A stretch of DNA of 64,000 nt from the human T2T-CHM13v2.0 reference genome, Homo sapiens: NCBI RefSeq assembly GCF_009914755.1, contig NC_060940.1; one strand, 5' to 3'. The notes beneath the pieces are model-generated. The model did no database searches, was not told the DNA's origin, and saw only the letters and a list, made by a program, of their open reading frames with translations. Made by a program: the position numbers and the translations under genes. Shown here in pieces: positions 1-10,925 of the stretch (position 1 is its first letter; every line of letters starts with the position of its first letter).

Positions 1-959
1 TGGAAAAGTTGACATCGTGGCAGAGGAAAACCCCATTTAGTGGACCACTCCCATTTCCAGTTGAGAAGAAAATAGTCACTGTGACCTTCCCTGATTGTGA
101 AGGATGGGATTCCTTAAGTGAATTGCTTTGGTTTAATGAGTACAAAGGAGAAAAGAGGGTATCTGACTGTTTTCTCACTGAGGGCAGGGACCACACCAGC
201 CCCGTTCTTCCTTGTGCTCAGTGTAGCTAAGTGTGTATCTCTAGAACCTGGATTGGGTGCTGATTCGCTGTGTGAAGTTGCCCATGCTTTTTAGCCTTTC
301 TGATCTTTAGGTTTCACTTTTGCTTCCAAAGGATGTACCTATGTGCTCCCATCTACATGAGGCTGAAATGCGTGGACCTGGAGATCAGATGCAACTGCTT
401 TCAGGTCTGGCTTTGGGATCTTGGGCATGTTACTGGAATCTGAGTTCTAAGTAAACAGAGATGATGTCCTCTTCCTTTTCTCCCATTGACCTCTAGCACC
501 TGGAATAGGTTCTACCACCAAATAGGTGCTCAGTAAGCATTTGTGAATAAATGAACAGCCCTATCCCTCACTTATTCCATCAAGGATTTGCCTGAGCCTA
601 TCCTTCTGCACCATGTACTCTAGGCAGTCCCTCCATGGACCTTCTTTGCTTTATAAGGCAGATGATGATGTTGGTTGTGATTCCAAGTCCCTGGTCTCCC
701 CAGCTGGGTCACGTTGCTGTGGCTCTGCTGGGGTGGTGGAAGGAAAGACACACCTTGAGAATAGAATGCATTACCTGGAGGCCTCCATTAGGAAATGCAG
801 TGAGCAGGCACATTCTCACTCATGTTCCAATAATGTTTTTGATGCAACTAACACAAGGGCTAAGCTGAAGGTAGAGGACAAGAATGGAGCATTCGGAATT
901 GAAGGGAACTGAGTTCAAATCCAGTTCTATTCCTTTCTAGCTCTTACCATGTCCCATGT

Positions 960-1760
960 AAACATTTACTGGCCACCTGCTGGGTGCAAGGTATTGTTTT
1001 AGATACTGGGTATACAGTAGTGAGCAAAAAAGGCAAGGCCTCTGTTTTCCGGGATCTAACATTCAGTGGAGGTGGACAGACAATAACAGTGACATAAATA
1101 ATTAAAACAATTTCAGATACTAATACATGCTATAAAAAAATAAATAGCTCATGTAATGAGTTCAGGCAACAGATATTTATTGGGTATCTATTATGTGCTA
1201 GGCACTGTTCTAGGTTCTGGAGATACAAAGAGTGAAGACAATAAACATTACTCTCATAGAATCTACAGTCTAATGGAGGAAGACATACAATAATAAATAA
1301 ATGAGTGAAAAGGCATGGTGTCTTGTGCCTGCAATCCTTGCACATTGGGAGTCCAAGGGAGGATGATCACTTGAGGCCAGGAGTTGGGGACCAGCCTGAG
1401 CAACAAAGCAAGACCCTGTCTCGACAAAAAAAAAAATTAAATAGAAATTAGCTGAGTGTGGTGGTGTGTGCCTATAGTTTCAACTACTCAGGAGGCTGGA
1501 TTGCTTGAGTCCAGGAGTTCAAGGCTGCGGTGAGCTGTGATTGCACCACTGCTGCACTCCAGCCTGGACAACAGAGTGGGACCCCTGTTTCAAAAATAAA
1601 AAAAGAAGATAACATACATGTTGGAGTTGAGTGGTGATAGAAATTGTAAATATAAATGAAGCAGGTGAGGTGAAAATGTGTGTGTGACTGTGTACATGCT
1701 ATTTTAGACAGGGCAGTGACAAAAATTCTCTTTGATACAGTGACAGACATTTAAGCAGTG
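960..1760 (-). mobile_element. L2 3'-end fragments, interrupted by AluJ
   Basis: Antisense L2 tail motifs (CAACAGATATTTATTGGGTATCTATTATGTGCTAGGCACTGTTCTAGG); boundaries approximate. Confidence 0.6.
1311..1606 (+). mobile_element. AluJ
   Basis: Dimeric Alu with J-type GGAGTTCAAGGCTGCGGTGAGCTGTGATTGC and A-rich tail. Confidence 0.9.
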
Positions 1761-2080
1761 ATATAATTTCTAGTATCAGTTTCTGCTGAAAATGTGGAAG
1801 ATGGGATTTAGCTCCGAGGTTGTAGTGAGGACTAAATGAGGTGCTAAATTTGAATGTGCCTGAGCAGGTGCCTAGAACGTGAAACAGACTCAGGAAGCAC
1901 AGGTTATTATTACTGTTGTTATTGTTGGTGGTGATCAGTGTCTGTAACGAAGGCCTGTGAAAACAGAGTCAAAATCAGTATTCCTTTCACTGGAGTCTCA
2001 AGAGAAAAACTGTCCATGAAGGGAAGGAAGAGCTCAGGGAAACACAGAAACCTGAGGCTCTTTGTTTTTCTCCGTCACAG

Positions 2081-2121
2081 TAGCATCTGCTGGAGGCTGA
2101 AATCTTAATTAGCTTAGACAG
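2081..2121 (+). other. Candidate short non-coding exon
   Basis: Pyrimidine tract CTCTTTGTTTTTCTCCGTCACAG acceptor (ends 2080) and consensus CAG|GTGAGT donor (2122), in repeat-free sequence. Confidence 0.3.
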
Positions 2122-2745
2122 GTGAGTATCCCCATTTCTAGGCTTTTTCCATTTGTGATGTTCACAGAGCTAGCAGGATTGCTGGCTGTGTGCCTGAGGG
2201 TGTGTGCGTGTGGGAGGCAGCAACTCCTCCAAGCATGGGGCTCAGGCTGCCAGGTGAGACAAGCCTCTTGTATATGGTCTAAGGATGCTCTGCTGTCTGG
2301 TCCTCTCCAAGGGATGGTTAGAGGAAGCCACCTCCACCTTCCTAAACTACTCTACTCATTTTTCACAACCTGGATCTGGCCCAGCTCATTCAGTAACTGG
2401 TTTAGCAACCTGGAGAAACACATAATCACAAGCTACTGGTGAAGAGAATTTAGACATGCTACTATGACTAAAAATGAAAAAATAAATGGTCCAGGCCATA
2501 CGCAGAGACTGCTAGCACAGTAATATTCTTTAGTGATCACTGCTCTGAACATCTTCGTTTGCAATTGGGAAAATGGTGCTATTTACTGCCTAAGCCAAGG
2601 CCACACAGTGAATTCATGATAAACTAGAAGTCAGAAATCATATTTATGCTTTTTGAGCCGAGGCCCACAAAACTCTCAGGAATGACAATTGTGTCAGTGT
2701 GTCTAAGCAGAAAAGCAGAAACGACTTCAAGTATTAAATGGACAC

Positions 2746-3116
2746 TGATATGGTTTGGGTGTGTCCCTACCCAAATCTCATCTTGAACTGCAGTTCCCAC
2801 AATCCCTAGGTGTCGTAAGAGGGACCTGGTGGGAGGTAACTGAAGCATGGAGGCCATTACCCCAATGCTGTTCTCGTGCTAGTGAGTGAGTTCTCACAAG
2901 ATCTGATGGTTTTATAAGGGGCTTTCCCCCTTTTGCTCAACACTTCTCTCTCCTGCCACCATGTGAAGGATGTGTTTGCTGTCCCTTCTGCCATGATTGT
3001 AAGTTTCCTGAGGCCTTCCCAGTCATGCGGAACTGTGAGTCAATTAAATCTCTTTCCTTTATAAATTACCCAGTCTTGAATATTTCTTCATAGACGTGTG
3101 AGAACAGACTAATAAA
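2746..3116 (+). mobile_element. THE1 (C/D-like) solo LTR
   Basis: TGATATGGTTTGG start, ...AACAGACTAATAAA end, 5-bp TSD GACAC (2741-2745 / 3117-3121). Confidence 0.92.
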
Positions 3117-3331
3117 GACACATGGAGAGGAACAGCACACACTGGGGCCTATGGGAGGGTGGAGGTTTGGTGAGGGAAAGGATCAGGAAAAATAACTAAT
3201 GGGTACTAGGCTTAATATCTGGATGATGAGATAATCTGTACAGCAAACTCCATGACACAAGCTTACCTATGTAACAAACAGGAACATGTACCCCTGAACT
3301 TAAAATAAAAGTTAAATAAAATAAAATAAAA
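3117..3331 (+). mobile_element. L1PA (older subfamily) 3' end with A-rich tail
   Basis: CACACACTGGGGCCT...GGATCAGGAAAAATAACTAATGGGTACTAGGCTTAATA...CCCCTGAACTTAAAATAAAAG. Confidence 0.9.
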
Positions 3332-3403
3332 CTGAAGGAATTTAATAGGAGTTATTTTTCCAGATGATAGAAGAGACCAAACATAAAAAATGTGGTAACC
3401 CAG

Positions 3404-3974
3404 TGTCTTAGCCTATTTTATGTTGCTATAAAAGAATACTTGAGATGGGAGAATTTGTAAAGAAAAGAAGTGTATGTTTGTTCTGCAGGCTGAGAAGTTC
3501 AAGGGCATAGCCTTGTCTTCTGAGGGCTTTCATGCTGATCACTACATGGCAGAGAAGATCAAAGGGGAAGGGGACACATGTAAGAAGGGGAAACCTGGGG
3601 GGTGTCCTGGCTTTTTAACTTACTCTCTCGGGAACTAATCCATTCTCATGAGAGGTAATCCAGTCTCTTGAGAGCAGGAATTCACCCACTATGGCAAGAA
3701 AAGTACCCAGCCATTCATGAGGAATCCACTATGAATCACGGAGAATATGATCAATCAAAGGTAGTGATAATTCCACCATAATGAGGAGAGTAGCTTAGGA
3801 AGATGAAGGCAGCTTCCTCACCCCATCCCTTGGAGAGGACAAGACAGCAGAGAATCCTCAGACCATAATCCAAACACATTCCACTAAGCCCCACCTCTCA
3901 ACATCACCACACTGGGGATCAAATTTCAAAATGAGCTTTGGTGGGGAAAAACAAACCACGTCCAAACCACAGCT
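3404..3974 (-). mobile_element. MST (B/C-like) MaLR solo LTR with an internal foreign insert
   Basis: TGTCTTAG...CCAAACCACAGC termini, near-TSD CCCAG/CCTAG. Confidence 0.8.
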
Positions 3975-4804
3975 CCTAGAGATTAGCAACAGCAGGAAGT
4001 TGCCGCCAACTCTAGGCCAGGGACCTCAAGAGAAGTGGTGGGGTTACCAGAACCCAGAAACACCTGGAAAAAGCTAGAACCATGGCAGATCTGCCAGGGA
4101 AGGGCTGAAGCCACAGAAGTTAAACACTCTCTGCCCTGGAAATCACTGGAAAAGAGAATGGAGAAATGTCCTGTTTCTCCTTTTTCCCTTGCTATCCAAT
4201 TTCCTGCCAGTACCTTCCATTGGCCAAACCCAATAGAAAGGTAGCAACTGTAGAATCCTAGGAAATTCGGCTGCACAGGGGAAGCCCCATTGTAATATAG
4301 AGCAGAGAAGAGGAAGGGCAGGAAACCATTCTGAGGGTGAAGAAGTCCAGAAGAACCAGCAGCACCATAATCACTTCCATACTATGTTTGATTGATCATA
4401 GACTGTGTGTTAACACTATGGTAAGACAGTTGCTATCAAGACCAATAACAGAATTCTTCCAGGCAATTGACCTAGCTATATAAGCACTCTGAGTCCTATT
4501 TTGCAGCTAGAACAATGACGCTAAGCAAAGTGAAGTGGCTTGCCACAGGTGGTACTTTTAGGTGGCTGGGCCAACATCTGACCTAAGGTCAGTTGGATTC
4601 CAAAGTCGATGACTTTAACCCATTATTAAAAATCACAGGTATTTTTCCAATGGAGCTAATTTTATCTGTTGGTAAATATATTAACACATTAGTTTTCTAG
4701 TAAAATAAGTACCAATATATTTATACAGGAGAATGACCAATTTCTAATACGTTTTTTTTTTTCATTTTTTATTAAGGTATAATTTGCAGACACTAAATTC
4801 AATC

Positions 4805-5084
4805 TTTTTTTTTTGAGACAGAGTCGCATTCTGTTACCCAGGCTGGAGTGCAGTGGTGCGATCTCGGCTCACTGCAACCTCCGCCTCCCGGATTCAAATG
4901 TAGTCCCCGAGTAGCTGGGACTACAGGCGTGCGCCATCATGCCTGGCTAATTTTTGTATTTTTAGTAGAGACAGGGTTTCTCCATGTTAACCAGGCTGGT
5001 CTTGAACTCCTGACCTCAAGTGGTTCGCCAGCTTGGGCCTCCCAAAGTGCTGGGATTACAGGTTTGAGCCACCACTCTCAGGCT
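4805..5084 (-). mobile_element. AluS
   Basis: Poly(T) then antisense Alu; small internal deletion near 4900. Confidence 0.93.
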
Positions 5085-5129
5085 GTCTTAGAAGCCTGTC
5101 TTTAGAAGTATTTTTGTGTACAAGTTTTA

Positions 5130-5290
5130 AAATTTCTCTGTGGCTCAGTTTCCTCATCTGGAAATGAGGATAATAGTACTCACGCGATAGGCTTGATGTG
5201 AAGATTAAATAAATTATTGTAAGTAAAGGGCTTAGAATAGTACTGAGCATAAAGGCATTATATCAGCATTACTATGATTATTATGATTAC
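5130..5290 (+). mobile_element. MIR
   Basis: MIR core CTCAGTTTCCTCATCTGGAAATGAGGATAATAGTAC. Confidence 0.8.
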
Positions 5291-5499
5291 TGCTATTATT
5301 ACTAATACCACTAGTATTGTTGTTGTTCTTATTGAATAAATGATCAGGGCACCATCAATGGATGTGGGAAATGGCAGTGGGGAGTGTGTAGAAAGCACAG
5401 TTTGGGGTTTTGGACCGTGAACTCAGTACATGGGCTACCTTAGAGAAATTGTTTCATTAATACAAATTTTTATTTTCTTATTGACTATTATGGATATCT

Positions 5500-6050
5500 G
5501 TTATCATCTTTCTTCCCAGCATTGTTGCCCTCTTCTGGCAACCTCTTGTTCTGCTAACTACGTTTTCATTGTACAACCACTTCTCAAGTATTTCCAAAGG
5601 GTTGGCCCCGCCCTGGGCACCAGTGGAAGGCCTACACTCCAGCTCTGACCAATCAGAGCCCTGCTGTACCTTTGATATGGTGATGGGTTCAGGCACGGAC
5701 ATATGACTCAGGCCTGTCCAGTGAGGATCTTCCCAGGAATTTTACTAGAGCTACCCGGAATAAGGTAAGTTATTTTGCTGGTTTCCCTAACTGCTGGCTG
5801 GAAGGTTGTAGCAGCTATCTTCACCACCATGAGGGAAGACCCTTTCTGTGAATAAAATCAATGCCAAGGAAAATCGACTTAAAATGAGGGAGTGAGAAAT
5901 TTTTTGCAGCACTAGAGTGCAACGGAAGTCAGACAACCTCTATTCATGTGTTCTAACTACATGAATCAATAAATTATTTTTGTTGTTATTTTGCTAAAAC
6001 CAGTTTGAGTTACATTTCTTCACTTTCAACCACAGGCGACCTGACTTACA
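5500..6050 (+). mobile_element. Old MLT1 (J/K-like) LTR
   Basis: CATATGACTCAGGCCTGTCCA...AATAAA...CCAGTTTGAGTT...CTGACTTACA 3' end. Confidence 0.6.
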
Positions 6051-6705
6051 AATCTGTGAATTACGGATAATAATCCCAAACTGTGAAGTTTGGAATAATA
6101 TTTGTGCAAAGTCTAAAACATTTTATATATCTTAATAAATGGTAACCGTTTGAAATAATGAAGAAAATTCTTGGAAATACTCAGGTCAGGGACTGAAAGC
6201 ATTTTAGTCATTCTGAAACCACTCAATGGGTGAGGAGTTGGAAATCACACCTTAGCTTCCCCCAGTGACCAGCTAAAATGTTGTTAGGATTTTGAAGGCC
6301 TGTTCAATACAGGTGTTGTTAGGATTTTACAGGCCTGTTCTACATGCTTTTCTCCTCATCATGACATTCAAAAATCCTTCATGCAAACTGAGGCAGTTTG
6401 GTGTGACAGGAAGCATGTTTGACACCATAGAAAATGGTACAATAGGTAGCACTGCAACTTACCATATGGCTTTGGGTTGTCACTGATGTTCTCTGAATCT
6501 CAGCTTTCTCAAGTGTGGCAGCACATGGCAATAACTCTTCTGCCTTACTTCTGAGTTGCGCTTTGATTAAAAGAGAAAAGAGATGTGAGAGTATTTTGAC
6601 AAGAGTAAGACATCATCATATGTGAATGATTTTCATCTATTTCTACTTAGAAAGGTATCTAATCTTTGGAATATAAATATCCTGGGTGCAAGGATTATAT
6701 GTATA

Positions 6706-7187
6706 TTTTTTACCATTTTTTTTATTTTACTTTATGTTCTGGGATACATGTGCAGAATGTACAGCTTTGTTACATTGGTATACATGTGCCATGGTGGTTT
6801 GCTGCGCCTATTAACCCATCATCTAGGTTTTAAGCCCCAAAACCATAAAGACCCTAGAGGAAAACCTAGACAATACCATTCAGGACATAGGCATGGGCAA
6901 AGGCTTCATGACTAAAACACCAAAAGCAATTGCAACAAAACCCAAAACTGACAAATGGGATCTAATCAAACTAAAGAGCTCTGCACAGCAAAAGAAACTA
7001 TCATCGGAGTGAACAGGCCACCTACAGAATGGGAAAAAATTTTTGCAATCTACCCATCTGACAAAGGTCTGACATCCAGAATCTATAAGGAACTTAAACA
7101 AACTTACAAGAAACAAACCAACCAACCTATCAAAAAGTGGGCAAAGGATATGAGCAGACACTTCTCAAAAGAAGACATTTATGTGGC
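6706..7187 (-). mobile_element. 5'-inverted (twin-primed) L1PA insertion
   Basis: Antisense L1 3' end (about 6706-6837) fused to a sense ORF2 segment (6838-7187); TSD CAAGGATTATAT on both sides. Confidence 0.88.
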
Positions 7188-7237
7188 CAAGGATTATATT
7201 CTTTAACAAATTCAAAGATTTTTTTTTGTAACACTTC

Positions 7238-7747
7238 GTGGTAGATTTTTTTCTAAAAAGACCACAAATTCTTCCCTGCCCTGTTCCCGTGCCCTTTCAA
7301 TGGAGCACTTTGCATCCCCTTCCATCAAGAGATGGCAATTGTACTCTTTTCTGGTCTGGCTTTGTGACTTGACTTGGTCATTAGAATGTATCAGAAGCAA
7401 TGTAATTCCAGTTCTGAGCCTAGGCCTCAAGAAGCCTTACAGTTTCCTTCCCATTTTGGGACTCTTCCAGTCAGCATTTAAAACACTAAGCTAGTCTGCC
7501 AAAGGGTGAGAGACCATTAGACATAAACCATATCAACTGAGCCCATCCTAGGCCAGCCGGCTCCCAGCTAAGCTGACCCAGTAGCTGTCCACAGATGCAC
7601 AAGTGAGCCCAGCTGAGACTCAAAGAGATGCTCCAGTGAGCTCAGCCTAACTTGCCATTCCACAGTATTGTGAATTAAATAAAAGACAGTTTTTTCAAGT
7701 CAGTAAGTTTTGAGAAGCCTTGTTCCATAGTAAAAGCTAATACATAC
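7238..7747 (+). mobile_element. MLT1 (G/H-like) LTR
   Basis: CCAGTTCTGAGCCTAGGCCTCAAG...AGTGAGCCCAGCTGAGA...AATAAA...AAGCTAATACATAC. Confidence 0.75.
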
Positions 7748-8656
7748 CAAGTAGTGTCAGTAGGTGGTCATATCTACCACAATGTGTCTCTTTACAAGGA
7801 CAGTGATTTGAGTGCCAGCTTCGTCATTTATTATCTTGTGACCTTGAGTAAGTGAGTCCTTATGCTCCTCTCCATCTTTAAATTAGGACTAATCATCCAA
7901 CGTTCCTCACATGGTTCTGATGATTGAATAAGACAAAATCAATGCTGAAATGGATAGAATGGGCCATGTTAGAGTGATGACCTTCAAGCTTCTTTGCAAA
8001 CTTAAGGGTTTATATGGACTGTATAAATGTAGGTTATTAGTATTATTACGATACATAGAGTAGACACATAATCAATATTGATGACACTATTGGAATAAAA
8101 TTGCCAAGACCTGAAAGTAAAAAGAGATAACCCTCCCAGGGCTCACTCACAGTGTTCAGACTTGTATTCTATGAGACATTCAGGAAGGAACCGTCATAAA
8201 GTAATAAAACTGGCCCTGCTGCACGTGGGCACACAAACTCACATGGTTCCTGAATCCTATTGTGTTCTGAGAATATCTAACAGGCAAAGGAGAAAGAAGA
8301 AAGCCTGGAGGCATTTTCTGGCTCTCTGCTGCCACACATCTTGAGATCATAAGGAGCAAGGATTAAGAATTTCCCAGGGTGACTCTGAATTCAGGATGTG
8401 AGAAATCCAGTACCATTTTGTAAACAGGCAAGCCCCAGAGGAACCACTGCCCAGTCATTACCAGTGCAACTTCTTTGCAGGAATCATAATCTGTCCCATT
8501 CCAAGGTTTAATGTGGCCCTAACGAGTCTATGAGCTGTGTGGGTGTGCTGTCCTGGGAAAATAAAAGGACTCAAAGCCCTGGGACCACTTGGTGCCTGAG
8601 CCTTCCCAAGCCGGTTCTTCTTAATGAATTTTCTCAACCCAAGTAGATGTGGATGC

Positions 8657-9016
8657 TGTCTTAATTTGGGTTGCTATAACAAAGCACCATAGACTGGGTG
8701 GCTTAAAAACAACAGAAATGTATTTATCACAGGTCTGGAGGCTGGAAATCTAAGATCAGGGTGCCAGCATGGTCACTTATGGTGAGACCTCCTTCCAGAT
8801 TGTAGATGGCCAACTTCTCGTTGTATTCTCACATGGTAGAAAAGGAGTGAGAGAGTTATCAGGGGCCCCTTTTATGTGAGCACTAATCCCATTCATGAGA
8901 GTTCCATCATCATGATCCAATTACCTCCCACAGGTGCTATCTCCTAATGCTATGGCATTGGAAGTTAGGAGTTCAACATACAAATTTCAGATGGGCAAAA
9001 CTTTCAGTCTATAACA
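8657..9016 (-). mobile_element. MLT1A solo LTR
   Basis: GCTATAACAAAGCACCATAGACTGGGTGGCTTAAAAACAACAGAAAT...TTCAGTCTATAACA. Confidence 0.88.
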
Positions 9017-9139
9017 TCTGGGAATTCAGAAAAGACCATCTGGATCTTAGGACACCCAATCTTTCTTGATGTAATCACTCATTCATTCATTCTCAATGTC
9101 AAGATGGTTGTGGATTATTATGTGAATGTGGATAGTGGA

Positions 9140-9385
9140 TAGCAGCTTGGGGTCTGGAACCAAACTTCTCAAGTCAGAATTTCACCCATGCCACTCAGCA
9201 GTGTGGCTTTGGGTAGATTTGAGCCTGTTATCTCATCTATACAATGGGAATAATAAGTATAATCCTGCTAGTCACAATAATAACAAAAACAACCCCTTGG
9301 GTGGTGGTGAGAATTGGAGTGATATTGAAAACCACTTAGAATCATGCAAGTGTATAAGGACTCAATAAATATTAACCATTCTTAT
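9140..9385 (+). mobile_element. MIR
   Basis: Degenerate MIR core (TCTCATCTATACAATGGGAATAATAA) and tail (CTCAATAAATATTA). Confidence 0.65.
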
Positions 9386-9399
9386 GCTTATTATAGATA

Positions 9400-9960
9400 A
9401 GCTTGGACAGGTGTAAAATGACTCTGTCCTCATAGATTTCAAATTCTCTAGGAAAAGAGTGTGATGACCAAACAAATAACTGAATAAGTAATTACAGATT
9501 TCTAGGAGTGCAGTGAAGGAAATAAACAAATATGATCAAATAGGACTTGGAGGGGAGGAGCTTATCTGGAGCAGATGGTCAGGGATGGTCTTGGATGGCT
9601 GAAAGTCCAGGATGAGGGTGCCAGCATGGTTGGATTCTGATGAGGGCTGCCTTCCAGGTTGCAGATGGCTGACTTCTTGTATCCTCACTTGGATACACTT
9701 GGAAGGGAAGCGAGAGAGTTCTCAGAGGACTCTTTCTTATGGGCACTAATGCCATTCATTAGTGGGATTAGGAGAGATATGGAGAAAGAGAGTTCAGGAT
9801 GGAGGGAAGAATGAATGCAAAAGCCCTGAAGCACTATCAGCTTGACATTGTCAAAAAACAGAAAAGAAAACCATTAAGTGGAATTTACGGAGAGAAGGGC
9901 AGACTAGCAGGGACTGAATGCCAAGAAGTAGGCAGAGTACTGTTCAAGTAGGCTGTATCA
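9400..9960 (-). mobile_element. L2 fragment containing an internal MLT1A piece (9596-9759)
   Basis: L2 antisense motifs (GGTCAGGGATGG; GCAAAAGCCCTGAAGC) flank MLT1A internal sequence. Confidence 0.6.
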
Positions 9961-10689
9961 AAGAATATAAGAACAAAAATATTATAAATAAAATGAGAAT
10001 AGTTTTTGTAATGCATAGGTTGGACATATTCTATCTCTTTTACAAGCACTTTAATTCATTTATTTACATTTTACTGGGTTTAAAAGAGGTTAAATAACTT
10101 TTGCAAAGTCACACAGCTCTCTGCTCTTTGCCCTAACTCTGAAAATTCTCTGGCCCTCATTCAGTTCAGTACCTCCTCTCTCAATAATTTCCTTAGGTCT
10201 GCCTGGCTTTTATGTTGCATTTTTGGGTCTGCACTTCCTGTTGTCTCTAGCACTTCTTCTAGATGGTTTTATATTTGAATACTGAAAACCACACACCACA
10301 ATCAGGAAGAGCTAGTCTTGGAAATACTAACTCCCCCAGTTCCTGTTCTTCTGAAGTTGGTTCCTAGCAACTTACACCTGCTGGTGTTTTGGGGGGCAAA
10401 AGGAAGACATATTTAACCCATTAATGAAGCCCTCAGGTATAAAGAAAACTTTCCAGTATTCAGAGTTTTGCGTAATGAGGACATACGGACAGTGATATCA
10501 CTGTCGTTCGAGCAAAGGACTAACGGCTATTCATAATAAAGAGTGGATGTGTGTGTGAGTACGCGTACGTGTATGCATGATGGCAATTAGCAGTCTGCCA
10601 AAAATTCAAACACTCTCTGTCAACTTTTTGAGCCTCAATTACTCATTCGTGGGTAGGAATTAAAAGTTCTTCCCAAGATTATGACAACA

Positions 10690-10925
10690 GATACTTACAG
10701 CACCCTTAGTACATGCCAGGCGCTGGTCCACATTATACTCACATACCTTTACATACAATTCTACTTCTTGACAAACCCAATGAGGCAGGTACCGTCACTA
10801 TTCCCATTTCATAAATGATGACCCTGAAGAAGAAGAGAGTCAAGTCAACTTAACCAAAGTCATAAAGTGAGAAAGTGGCAAAACTAGAATTCAAACCCAG
10901 ACTGTCCTGAACCAGAGCCTCTGTT
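10690..10925 (-). mobile_element. MIR
   Basis: TATTCCCATTTCATAAATGATGA...AAAGTCATA...GAATTCAAACCCAGACTGTC. Confidence 0.75.

Larger units (their letters stand above)
2688..4362 (-). mobile_element. Old ERVL LTR (LTR33-like), split by three younger insertions
   Basis: Pieces at about 2688-2737, 3332-3403 and 3975-4362 join into an LTR33-type sequence (CCTTCCATTGGCCAAACCC...AGAGCAGAGAAGAGGAAGGG). Confidence 0.5.
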
